A program made the translations under genes and the position numbers. A stretch of 64,000 bases of DNA from Archaeoglobus sulfaticallidus PM70-1 (lineage in GTDB: Archaea; Halobacteriota; Archaeoglobi; Archaeoglobales; Archaeoglobaceae): the NCBI RefSeq assembly GCF_000385565.1, contig NC_021169.1, forward strand, positions 1,096,571 to 1,160,570, read 5' to 3'. The notes beneath the pieces were generated by a model. The model worked only from the letters and a program-made list of their open reading frames with translations. It did not search any database and was not told where the DNA came from. Positions 30,662-39,571 of this stretch are shown here, piece after piece (within the stretch, counting starts at the first letter, position 1; each line of letters opens with the position of its first letter).

Positions 30662-30830
30662 TTGCCTTCTTCCTTTCGTTCAACATTCGAATATGCTCTC
30701 TTTCCTGTGAGATCAAAAAGTCAAGCAACTCAGCTGTTTCTGGATCTGCATCTTTCTTCATCTTGAGGTACTCCTCTATAGCCTCTTTTTCAAGCTCTAA
30801 AGCCTTGTCAAGAATTTCTAGGACCTCCAA
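30642..30830 (-). CDS. Mini ferritin-like / EncFtn-like two-helix protein
   Basis: 'EKEAIEEYLKM…DPETAELLDFLISQEREHIRML' matches the E-x-x-A-I…E..EH diiron half-site pattern of encapsulated-ferritin-like proteins. Only 62 aa. Confidence 0.35.
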   Translation of the reverse strand: MEVLEILDKALELEKEAIEEYLKMKKDADPETAELLDFLISQEREHIRMLNERKKAIRLLRR

Positions 30831-30936
30831 GGTATCACCCTATTGGAGCTTGTTTTCAACCAATATTTCTTTTTCGATGTATTCTTTGGTATCTACATCT
30901 ATAACAGACAAGGGTCTGTTTCGAGCTTGATTTTGG

Positions 30937-31030
30937 ATTTCAATCCTACAATAGTCTGGTTTTAACCTCAGGTAGCCAGCGTCCAGACAGCGTCCATGTT
31001 TGACTTTTAATACAATAGTTTGATTTTAAC
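30937..31030 (-). CRISPR. Two degenerate relic CRISPR repeats (same family as main array), ~64-bp spacing
   Basis: aTTTCAATCCTACAATAGTCTGgTTTTAAC at 30937-30966 and cTTTtAA---TACAATAGTtTGATTTTAAC at 31003-31030. Confidence 0.5.
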
Positions 31031-31069
31031 CAACTCCATATCTTCCAGTAAGTGTCACAACATTTAACT

Positions 31070-31279
31070 TCAACACTTTAATCCATATCGCTCTAGATTC
31101 TCAAGCTGTCCACTAATCATATCATCCATTATTTTCACGACATCACTTTGAGAATAGTTACTAAAATCAGCCCACCAAATATTGTAGTAATGTATCAGAT
31201 CCTCGACATCCTCAAACACCTTCATTATTTTCTTTACAGAAAGTTGAAGAAAGCTCAAGGATTTAACCGTGAGATGCAT
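31070..31279 (-). CDS. Hypothetical small protein (69 aa)
   Basis: An ORF only, with no support beyond length. Confidence 0.2.
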   Translation of the reverse strand: MHLTVKSLSFLQLSVKKIMKVFEDVEDLIHYYNIWWADFSNYSQSDVVKIMDDMISGQLENLERYGLKC

Positions 31280-31312
31280 TAGGGTGGGAGGGAGGTTAGT
31301 GGAGAATTAAGT

Positions 31313-31501
31313 TTAAGTTACCTTGCATCGAACTCTAAATTGAATACCCGTCGTCCTGTTGGACGACGAGGAACGGGGTGCTGGCACACCCTCGCTTCTA
31401 GGGCAGACAACTGGCTGAAGGGTAAAAGCCCGATGCAGGCCGGATGGGGATGAGAGCCTTAGAAGCAAGAATCTCCCGGGCTTAGCCGTGGAGAGTGTCA
31501 A
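31313..31501. ncRNA. Candidate structured RNA (GC-rich island with several perfect hairpins)
   Basis: CGTCGTCC-tgtt-GGACGACG and GGGTGCTGGCACACCC hairpins. AAGCCCG and CGGGCTT lie 70 nt apart. The stretch is markedly GC-rich against AT-rich flanks, and ORFs on it are weak. Confidence 0.25.
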
Positions 31502-31568
31502 ATATCCTTCCTAAACTCATTTTTCTTCAGTCATACTGCTACTTCCTAACAAAAAAGAGAAAAAACAA

Positions 31569-32363
31569 TTAATTTTTATCTACATCCTTAAACATCGGTA
31601 TCCCGTTCTCACCGATTGGTACATATATCACTGAGTTGTGCTTATCGAGGTTCTGTATCCAGTACCACGCCAAGTACTCATCTGTGATGGATTCAGCTAT
31701 AATCTTGTTTGCTTCAGCGATACCCTGTGCCTCAATAATCTTTCTCTGCTTCTCAAGTTCTTCCTTCTGAATTACGAACTGCATTCTCTCAGCTTCCTGC
31801 TTTGCCTGTATCTTTGCTTCGATAGCACTTTCGACACTCTGTGGCAGGTCAATGTTTCTTATAAGTACAGCAGTGATGATAATTCCGTATGGCTCAAACT
31901 CCTCAGAAAGCTTCTTCTCAAAGTCACCCTGTATCTTTGTCCTGCCTTCGGTGTACAGGTCTTCGGCTTTGTACTGAGCCACCATATCTCTTGCGTGTGC
32001 TCTAATCCTGCTTTCCATCCAAACCTCGTAGTTCTTGAGGGACTTATATACGTCGGATGCTTTAGTGGGGTTTATCTTGTACTGTACAGCCATATCGAAG
32101 TAGACTGGAAGACCCTCAGAGGTTAAGGCCTTGATGTGTCTCTCACCGACCATCTCAAGTGTTTTCTCATAGATGGGCATTCTGATGACCTCGGTGATGA
32201 AAGGTTTGACGATGTGAAGTCCTTCGGTGAGCTCTTCGTCCTTTACAACTCCAAGTTCTTTAACCACACCGACTTCTGTGCTGTCTATGACGACTACTGA
32301 ACTAAGAGCCACAGCTGCCCCTATAAACAACAAAAGAACCAATATACCCAAACCTGCCTTCAA
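31569..32363 (-). CDS. SPFH/band-7 (stomatin/prohibitin-like) membrane protein
   Basis: N-terminal TM 'GLGILVLLLFIGAAVAL', then the SPFH core and a C-terminal coiled-coil (QAKQEAERMQ…). Start placed at TTG 32363, preceded by GGAGGTG at 5-nt spacing. The ORF track's longer start at 32462 lies inside a CRISPR repeat. Confidence 0.75.
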   Translation of the reverse strand: MKAGLGILVLLLFIGAAVALSSVVVIDSTEVGVVKELGVVKDEELTEGLHIVKPFITEVIRMPIYEKTLEMVGERHIKALTSEGLPVYFDMAVQYKINPTKASDVYKSLKNYEVWMESRIRAHARDMVAQYKAEDLYTEGRTKIQGDFEKKLSEEFEPYGIIITAVLIRNIDLPQSVESAIEAKIQAKQEAERMQFVIQKEELEKQRKIIEAQGIAEANKIIAESITDEYLAWYWIQNLDKHNSVIYVPIGENGIPMFKDVDKN

Positions 32364-32455
32364 TTTACCACCTCCTTTACTAATGGCGGACTCTTCTGAA
32401 TCCCAATTAAATTTCCAATCTCCTACTGGCACGAGACCACCTCCTTGTGCAAAAA

Positions 32456-32688
32456 CTTTCAATCCTACAATAGTCTGATTTTAACGTTGTAAACATCCCT
32501 AACAGCAAATCTGATGACATCTGCTTTCAATCCTGCAATAGTCTGATTTTAACGAAGAGCGAACTACTCTAAAAATCAAAGCAGTAAACGCTTTCAATCC
32601 TGCAATAGTCTGATTTTAACTCTTGTGGTTCTATCGACTCGACCTTAAATGTCGCTTTCTTTCAATCCTACAATAGTCTGATTTTAAC
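32456..32688 (-). CRISPR. CRISPR mini-array 2: 4 repeats, 3 spacers, same repeat family
   Basis: Repeats at 32456, 32524, 32591 and 32659. The two internal repeats carry the CCTgCAAT variant. Spacers are 37-39 nt. Confidence 0.85.
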
Positions 32689-33466
32689 TAAACTGTTTAT
32701 GGTGTTCCATCAACTCGCAACCCGATCTCCATCCATACACCTCTATACCAGAAACAAAGAACTTTTCCACTTTTTCTTGTATCGAGACATAACCTGATTA
32801 CCCAAAATCAAAAATAAAGCAACAATAAACAGTAAAATTAATAAATCTCATAGATTCTTACTTTTCCCGGTAATTGGGTGAAATTACCAATTCCAGTAGA
32901 AGGAGACGAGAAATGGGAGCTTTTAAGAAAAATCATAAGCTTGAAACGAGGAAACGAAGAAAGCTTTGGCAAGAAATGGAATAACTCCGGTAAATAAGGC
33001 GATAGAGTTCCTTAGGATCATCATTCTGGCAATGTTTTTTGGTGGAATATCTTACGCTGTTAGCGAGGTAAATAAGCGTTACGAATTCAGAAAATTTTTA
33101 AGGATAGAGAATCAGATTAAAATCTGTCTACAATTTCATGTCAAAATTCAAAGCAGAGCAATTCATAAACTTCGTTTTATCAATTCTAAACGTTAATGCA
33201 AAAAAGAGTAGGAAGGAACCCTCTTTATTAATATTAGACCGGACAGATATATCACTCGACTTAAATCCTTTCAGAAGAAGGGATTTAAAGAATAAACCAT
33301 ACAGGGTTATTCAACCAAGGGATTCTTTTTGGGAATGAAGATGATGATTCTGATCAATTACAAAACTTTAACACCTCTCTTTTTCCACGTTTATCCTGCA
33401 AGTTCATGAAAGCAAGATCTATCCTTTTAATTCTAGAAATGCTGAAGAGAGAAGGTTTAATCAGGT

Positions 33467-33841
33467 TTGGAAACGCAATTATCATGGATAGAGGAATTTT
33501 ACGGGTATAAGAACTATTTGATTGGAATAAGATACGGCGTAATTTCCCTGATAATTCCGAGGGAGAAGTTCAGGTTAGAGAAGCTTAAAGATGTGTTGAG
33601 CTATCCTCTTTTCATATTTTATTCAAAGAACGTTGAGAAGGAGAAGAAAAAGTATAGAAATCTCGTGAAGAGGTTGTTTGAAGGATTGAAAAAGAATCTG
33701 AAGACTTTAAGATCCATAGTGGAGGACGTCATCAAATTGGGGAGAGCGGCGTACAGTTTGAAGAATTTGCACTGCTACGATTACGAGCCTGTTAAAAAAG
33801 AGGTGTTCTATTTCTGTCCTCTTAACAGGGATGACATTTGA
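33467..33841 (+). CDS. Hypothetical protein (TTG start called; 124 aa)
   Basis: ORF in the otherwise low-coding stretch 32.7–33.9 kb. No motif. Confidence 0.2.
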   Translation: METQLSWIEEFYGYKNYLIGIRYGVISLIIPREKFRLEKLKDVLSYPLFIFYSKNVEKEKKKYRNLVKRLFEGLKKNLKTLRSIVEDVIKLGRAAYSLKNLHCYDYEPVKKEVFYFCPLNRDDI

Positions 33842-33956
33842 GTTTGGTTTTAAGGAAAAGAAGATTATTCAGAAATTATCTGGGTGGTGAATCACAAAGG
33901 TTTTTCCGGTAGAGGTTTTTGAATTTCAGCGAACAAAAAGAAGAAAGGTAGGATGT

Positions 33957-35078
33957 TTATTTTCCATACTTTGCCTCAATTGGTGTGTACTCGATCTCAA
34001 GTCCAAGACTCTTTGGTCCGAATATTTCCAGTCCTTTTGGAGTTCTCCAAAGTTGCGGTGCGGGAAGTCCTACGATCGCGTATTCTTCTCCTTCCTGAAC
34101 GTTTGGATTCGTAACCGGATGGCCGTCGGGGGTTAGAACGCATATCAAATCCGGAATTGTCACGTCCACTTCGCCATTTCTCCACGAAATCAGGTTCTCA
34201 TTCTTGAACCACACCCTGTACGTCTCTCCTTCAAATTCACCAGTTCCATTTAATTCGAACTCACCAATCGTGAATCCTCCTTCGTCTTTCCAGCTTGATT
34301 TCGACGCTATTCCCTTAAACAGCAGGAAGCCATTTCCGGCACCTATGAGTGCTTTAATCGGATCTTCTCCTTCTTCTCTTGCAGCCCTCAACGCTTCTCC
34401 AATCTTCAAAGCATAGCTGATGGCACCCTTTATAACTGAATCTCTGAGGAGCTTACCCGGTATTGGATGGGATGTAACGCCAACGTCTGTTCCAATAGAA
34501 GCCACGATCCCTCTAACAATTTTTTCAGCTTGGAAATCGTCTTTAACTTTGGAGATAACGATTTCATCTCCCAGAGGTGTAACAACCGAGAAGGGTGTCA
34601 TCCCGATGCCCAGGATGTAGTAGGTTGTATGCTGCAACTCCGGAACAGATCTTCCAGCCGGATCTCCATCAACGATCGGCAATCCCAGCTTCGCTGCAGT
34701 AACAAGAGCCACAGCAGTATTTGCGCCTCCAAGTTCTGTTGAAATCACACCCCAGAACTCTTTTCCCATGTACTCTTCCAGCAACCTGTATGACCTGGCT
34801 CCTTCACCCTCCTCATAGACGGATTCTACTTTTTTACCCGATACAGATCCGACGAAGTACGGCATTGCGACGATTCCATCATCGGGAACTTCGTCGAGTC
34901 CGGCAAGCATGAACTTCTTTCCACTTTTCAGCTCTTTTTCGATCATTTCCCAGCCTTCTTTTGGATCTCCTCCACCTCCAGTTCCCAAAACTGTACATCC
35001 CTCTATGATGTCTCTAAGCTCAATTTCGCTCAATTCACGCACTTTTTCACCTCCCAGCAAACAGACCTCTTTTTCCAT
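33957..35078 (-). CDS. DUF917-family protein (hydantoinase-associated)
   Basis: 373 aa carrying 'VLGTGGGGDP', characteristic of DUF917. Adjacent to a hydantoin racemase as in known pairs. Confidence 0.65.
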   Translation of the reverse strand: MEKEVCLLGGEKVRELSEIELRDIIEGCTVLGTGGGGDPKEGWEMIEKELKSGKKFMLAGLDEVPDDGIVAMPYFVGSVSGKKVESVYEEGEGARSYRLLEEYMGKEFWGVISTELGGANTAVALVTAAKLGLPIVDGDPAGRSVPELQHTTYYILGIGMTPFSVVTPLGDEIVISKVKDDFQAEKIVRGIVASIGTDVGVTSHPIPGKLLRDSVIKGAISYALKIGEALRAAREEGEDPIKALIGAGNGFLLFKGIASKSSWKDEGGFTIGEFELNGTGEFEGETYRVWFKNENLISWRNGEVDVTIPDLICVLTPDGHPVTNPNVQEGEEYAIVGLPAPQLWRTPKGLEIFGPKSLGLEIEYTPIEAKYGK

Positions 35079-35718
35079 GGTAAACGCTCAAAGAGCGTGC
35101 AACAGAGTATGTAGTTAGCAACGGCTCCAGAACGGGAATCTGATATTCATGCCATATCTCCTCTTTCAGCCTTTCGGCGATGCTGGTAAAGCCTGTGCAT
35201 CCCAAAATAATTGCATCTGCGCCATCATCTATTGCATCTGTACATGCCTCTTTCGTTGCCTTGTAAAGTTCTTCTTCTCCTGCAATAACGTCTTCCACGG
35301 AGAATCTGATTTTTTTCACCGATATCAGTTTATCAAAAAGCCCATACTCCTTCGCCTGAATTCTCGTCCACGATATCATGTTGTCTCCAGGCCCTATCAC
35401 AGAAAACTCTCCCAGCATTGCCGCTACATGCATCGTCGTTTCGCCAGCTCCGAACACAGGAACTGCCAGATTCTCTCTCAGCTCAAACAGACAGGGGTCT
35501 GCAAAGCAGTTGATTACTATTGCATCGGCTTTTTTAAGCTCATCAATTTTCTCTAAAAGCTTTGAGCAGGCTATAGTCTTCTGGGTGAAGCTTTCTATTG
35601 TCTCTGGACCTTCATCCAGGGAGAAAACTTCAAACTCGTCGTTTGGGTAGTGTTTTTTCAGATATTCCTTTACACTTTTTTCGAATTCACCTTTAATGGG
35701 GTCTACGATGAGTATCAT
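35047..35718 (-). CDS. Asp/Glu/hydantoin-racemase-family protein
   Basis: 'IVINCFADP' and a second half-site 'AIILGCTGF', the two-Cys racemase architecture. Start placed at ATG 35718 with GAGGTGAT 7 nt upstream. Confidence 0.65.
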   Translation of the reverse strand: MILIVDPIKGEFEKSVKEYLKKHYPNDEFEVFSLDEGPETIESFTQKTIACSKLLEKIDELKKADAIVINCFADPCLFELRENLAVPVFGAGETTMHVAAMLGEFSVIGPGDNMISWTRIQAKEYGLFDKLISVKKIRFSVEDVIAGEEELYKATKEACTDAIDDGADAIILGCTGFTSIAERLKEEIWHEYQIPVLEPLLTTYSVARSLSVYHGKRGLFAGR

Positions 35719-35734
35719 ACGAATCACCTCTACG

Positions 35735-36793
35735 TCATATCTCCCCCGCAAAATGGCAACTTACGAAATGTCCCTTCTCAACCTCAACCATGCCCGGCTC
35801 TTCCCTTTCACAAACATCCTTTACAAACGGACACCTCGTATGAAAGCGACAACCTTTTGGTGGGTCCATCGGACTCGGAATTTCTCCTGCAACAATTCCC
35901 TTTTCAATAGAGCGTGCTTTCGGATCGGGAATTGGAATTGAATCTAAAAGCAATCTTGTATATGGATGAAGGGGGTTATCGAAAACCTGACCTATTGATC
36001 CAATTTCAACGAGCTTTCCGAGGTACATAACTCCAACTCTATTGGCTAGATACCTGACAACTCCCAAATCATGGGATATGAAAAGGTACGTGAGATTCAT
36101 CTCCTTTTGAAGGTTTTCAAGGAGATTCAATACCTGCGCCTGAACAGAAACGTCTAATGCTGACGTCGGCTCATCAAGCACTAAAAACTCCGGGTTTAGA
36201 GATAGTGCTCTTGCTATGGCGACTCTCTGACATTGTCCGCCGCTCAACTCGTCTGGATACTTTCTGGCGTGCTCTTCGCTAAGCCCAACAGCCTCCAGAA
36301 GCTCTAATACCTTGTCTTCAACATCCTCGCAGTGGTGTTCTTTCAACGGTTCAGCCACTATGTCAAAAACGGTCAATCTGGGATTTAGGGATGAATAGGG
36401 ATCCTGATATATTATTTGCATTTTGGGTCTTATTTTCCTCAGCTCTTTTTTAGGCAATGCCGTTATTTCAATGTCGTTGAAGAATATTTTTCCATCCGTT
36501 GGCTCGTAGAGCCTCAGAATTGTTCTTCCTGTTGTGGATTTTCCACTCCCGCTTTCTCCAACAAGTCCAAAGGTTTCTCCATCGTTTATTGTGAAGGTGA
36601 CATCATCAACAGCTTTTAAATATGTAATTCTCTTCTTTATCAGCCCCTGCGTTACTGGGAAGTATTTCTTCAACCCTTCGACTTTAATCACTGTTTTGCA
36701 CCTCCATACAGATGACATGCAACGAAGTGGTCCTTCGAGTATTCGATCAGCTCCGGCTTCTGCTTGGTGCACGCATCTTTCATGCAGTCGCAT
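35735..36793 (-). CDS. dppF: Oligo/dipeptide ABC transporter ATP-binding protein
   Basis: Walker A 'GESGSGKST', signature 'LSGGQCQR', Walker B 'LVLDEPTSALD', and an Opp/Dpp C-terminal extension with Cys. Confidence 0.85.
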   Translation of the reverse strand: MRLHERCVHQAEAGADRILEGPLRCMSSVWRCKTVIKVEGLKKYFPVTQGLIKKRITYLKAVDDVTFTINDGETFGLVGESGSGKSTTGRTILRLYEPTDGKIFFNDIEITALPKKELRKIRPKMQIIYQDPYSSLNPRLTVFDIVAEPLKEHHCEDVEDKVLELLEAVGLSEEHARKYPDELSGGQCQRVAIARALSLNPEFLVLDEPTSALDVSVQAQVLNLLENLQKEMNLTYLFISHDLGVVRYLANRVGVMYLGKLVEIGSIGQVFDNPLHPYTRLLLDSIPIPDPKARSIEKGIVAGEIPSPMDPPKGCRFHTRCPFVKDVCEREEPGMVEVEKGHFVSCHFAGEI

Positions 36794-37656
36794 CTCGGAT
36801 GAAATCTGCAGCCGTCTGGTGGGTTTATAAGGCTTGGAACACTGCCTTTTAAAGGCTTCAAATGCTTTCTACGCCTTGGATCCGGAACAACTGAAAGCAA
36901 AGCTTTGGAGTACGGATGGATTGTATTTTCAAAAAGTTCTTCCGTGTTTGCTACCTCAACAACGTTTCCTGCATACATAACTCCGGCTCTATCACATATC
37001 TCGGCAACTACGCCTAAATCGTGGGTTATCAAAAGAACTGAGAACCCATAACTCTCTTTTAGCTCAAGTATCAGCCCCAGTATCTGCTTTTGTATTGTAA
37101 CATCTAATGCCGTTGTTGGCTCGTCGGCTATTAGAAGAGACGGGTTGGAAGACAGTGCCATCGCTATTAATACTCTCTGCCTCATTCCACCGCTGAGCTC
37201 ATGCGGATAGCTGTTTAAGATTCGTTCCACATCCGCTAAACCAACCGACTTAAGGTACTTCTTCGCATGCCTTAAAGACTCCTCCTTGCTCAACCCCTCA
37301 TGAGTCGTTATCACATCAACCATCTGGTCTTTGATTTTGAAGAGCGGGTTTAGAGATGTCATCGGATCCTGAAACACAACTGATATGTCTTTTCCTCTTA
37401 TCTTTCTCATTTCCTCCTCTGACTTCTCGAGAATATTTTCTCCTTTAAAGATTATTTCACCGTAAACCTCGGCGTTTGAAGGCTGCAACCTTAAAATACT
37501 CATCGCAGTGACGCTTTTCCCGCATCCGGTCTCGCCAATTAAACCAAAAATTTCCTCCTTTCGTATCTTCAGGCTAACACCATTCAGAACTTTCGCTGTT
37601 CCCCACATTGTTCTAAAGTTGACGTACAGGTCGTTTATTGTGAGGAGTTCTTTCAT
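36688..37656 (-). CDS. dppD: Oligo/dipeptide ABC transporter ATP-binding protein
   Basis: 'GETGCGKS', 'LSGGMRQR', 'LIADEPTTALD'. Start placed at the internal Met (MKELLTINDL) abutting the dppC stop. Confidence 0.85.
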   Translation of the reverse strand: MKELLTINDLYVNFRTMWGTAKVLNGVSLKIRKEEIFGLIGETGCGKSVTAMSILRLQPSNAEVYGEIIFKGENILEKSEEEMRKIRGKDISVVFQDPMTSLNPLFKIKDQMVDVITTHEGLSKEESLRHAKKYLKSVGLADVERILNSYPHELSGGMRQRVLIAMALSSNPSLLIADEPTTALDVTIQKQILGLILELKESYGFSVLLITHDLGVVAEICDRAGVMYAGNVVEVANTEELFENTIHPYSKALLSVVPDPRRRKHLKPLKGSVPSLINPPDGCRFHPRCDCMKDACTKQKPELIEYSKDHFVACHLYGGAKQ

Positions 37657-38507
37657 AGGAATCTCCTCCTTAATCTCGGATCTATAGCCTCTCTGACGGC
37701 ATCTCCAAGCAGGTTGAACGCCATTACTGTGATGAATATCGCCAAACCAGGAAATACGGGATACCACCAGTAGTTCAGGAAGTAGTTCTTCCCCTCACTA
37801 ACCATCAAACCCCAGTCGGGTGTTGGTGGCTGAACACCCAGGCCGAGAAAGCTCAGACCAGCAGCCTCGAGAATTGCCGACCCAATATCCATTGTAGCTT
37901 GAATGATTACCGGCGATATTGAGTTTGGAAGCACATGCCTTAACATTATCTTCCATTCGGCAATATCCATTGCTTTTGCCGCTTCAACGTAGGGTCTTTC
38001 CTTTACCGAAACGACCATCCCCCTCATAAGCCTCGTGTACCAGGGCCACCAGCTCAACGCTAACGCCAGGATAGCGTTGAACATCCCCCTCCCCAGCGTT
38101 GTGGCTATGAGTAATGCAAGCAGTAACGGCGGGAATGCGAGAAAGACGTCCGTTATCCTCATGATTACGAGGTCGATTTTTCTACCCACATACCCCGCAA
38201 TTAGCCCCAGAGGGACACCAATTAGCAATGCTATGGCAACGACGGAGAATCCTATCATGAGGGATGTTCTTGCTCCGTAGATTACTCTGCTCAGTATATC
38301 TCTACCCATGTCATCAGTTCCGAGAGGATGCTCAGGGCTTGGTGGCTGCAGCCTCTCCTTTAGGTTTGGCTCCCCCATTGCCTGCTCTGGATAGGGTGCT
38401 AAAACTGGTGCAAGTATTGCAATCAGAATGAGTGCGATTATTATTGAAAGACCCACTATGGAAAGCTTGTTTTTAAGTAGGACTCTAAGGATTTCGTTTC
38501 GCCTCAT
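37653..38507 (-). CDS. dppC: Oligo/dipeptide ABC transporter permease
   Basis: 284 aa with 6 TM helices and the EAA-like loop 'AAKAMDIAEWKIMLRHVLPN'. Confidence 0.85.
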   Translation of the reverse strand: MRRNEILRVLLKNKLSIVGLSIIIALILIAILAPVLAPYPEQAMGEPNLKERLQPPSPEHPLGTDDMGRDILSRVIYGARTSLMIGFSVVAIALLIGVPLGLIAGYVGRKIDLVIMRITDVFLAFPPLLLALLIATTLGRGMFNAILALALSWWPWYTRLMRGMVVSVKERPYVEAAKAMDIAEWKIMLRHVLPNSISPVIIQATMDIGSAILEAAGLSFLGLGVQPPTPDWGLMVSEGKNYFLNYWWYPVFPGLAIFITVMAFNLLGDAVREAIDPRLRRRFL

Positions 38508-38516
38508 CTTCGTCCC

Positions 38517-39536
38517 TCATAGTTTTATTCTTGGATCTAGGTATACCTGAATGAGATCAACGACCAGGTTAACGATGACGTACGTGGTTGCAGCAACAAT
38601 TGTGACTCCTAGAACTGCCGGATAATCCATGCTCAGAATCGAGTATGCGGCATATCTACCCAAACCGGGCCAGTTGAAGATTATCTCTGTCAAAAATGCG
38701 CCTGTTAGAGTATACGCCACCGATAGACCAACTGTTATCAGAGCAGGAGCGATGGCATTTTTTAAGGCGTACTTGAAGTAAATCTTTCTCGAAGGCAACC
38801 CGTATGCAAACGCCGTTTTTATGTAGTTCTCCTGAAGGACTTCTACCATCATTGAGCGAACCTGCCTCGTTATGAGCCCTACTGGGTACATGGCAAGCGT
38901 CAATGCTGGCAAAATTATGTGATGCAAAGCGTTTACAAATACGGGGATGTTGCCAGTGATTAGCGAATCAACCAGGTAAAGACCTGTTATAATTTCGAGT
39001 GGATGTTCCAGCAGTATTACGGAATCTACCCTTCCAGCAAGAGGCAATAGCTGGAGGTACTTGAAGAAAGCCAGTTGCAGGATTATACCAAACCAGAAAG
39101 TTGGCAGAGACACACCACTTATCGCAAAGATCCTGCTGAAGTTGTCGACCCAGGAGTCCTTTTTAACTGCTGAATAAACACCCAGAGGAATTCCAACTAT
39201 CAGTGCAAGCAGTTCAGCAAATAGAATGAGTTCTAGGGTTGCTGTAAAGGCTGATTTTATGTCATCGACAACGGGATTGTGAGTTCTTATCGACACTCCC
39301 AGATCTCCGTTAAGCAGGGATGAGATGTAGTATAGATACTGGTTCAACAGTGGTTCATCCAGGTGAAGCTCTTTTCTTGCCTTTTCAATTGCCTCTGGTG
39401 TTGGATGTGCTCCCACCCAAAGTGCTGCCGGATCAGAAGGTATCATTCTCGAAATGAAGAATACGACTGTGATAACTCCAAAGATTACAAACACTGCGAG
39501 TATAAGTCTGTAAATCACGTAATCTCTGTACCTCAT
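38517..39536 (-). CDS. dppB: Oligo/dipeptide ABC transporter permease
   Basis: 339 aa with 6 TM helices and EAA loop 'AFAYGLPSRKIYFKYALKNA'. Confidence 0.85.
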   Translation of the reverse strand: MRYRDYVIYRLILAVFVIFGVITVVFFISRMIPSDPAALWVGAHPTPEAIEKARKELHLDEPLLNQYLYYISSLLNGDLGVSIRTHNPVVDDIKSAFTATLELILFAELLALIVGIPLGVYSAVKKDSWVDNFSRIFAISGVSLPTFWFGIILQLAFFKYLQLLPLAGRVDSVILLEHPLEIITGLYLVDSLITGNIPVFVNALHHIILPALTLAMYPVGLITRQVRSMMVEVLQENYIKTAFAYGLPSRKIYFKYALKNAIAPALITVGLSVAYTLTGAFLTEIIFNWPGLGRYAAYSILSMDYPAVLGVTIVAATTYVIVNLVVDLIQVYLDPRIKL

Positions 39537-39571
39537 TTTACTCCCTTAAATAAAAGGAAAGAAAAAAGAAA

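Noticed and set aside
31313-31501. Identification of the GC-rich element as RNase P RNA or SRP RNA
   Set aside because: Only short patches (UAGGGCAG, CCCGGGCUUAG, CAGGCCGGA) resemble conserved segments. Their order and spacing do not fit the P4 or helix-8 architecture, and no matching 5' half was found. It is kept only as a generic structured-RNA candidate.
31569-32462. Longer band-7 ORF starting with TTG at 32462
   Set aside because: That start codon is inside a CRISPR repeat. An internal TTG at 32363 with an upstream GGAGGTG gives a typical short-N-terminus/TM/SPFH protein.
32966-33338. ORFs 32966..33196 and 33138..33338
   Set aside because: Short overlapping ORFs in an AT-rich stretch downstream of mini-array 2 (likely its leader). 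No coding signal.
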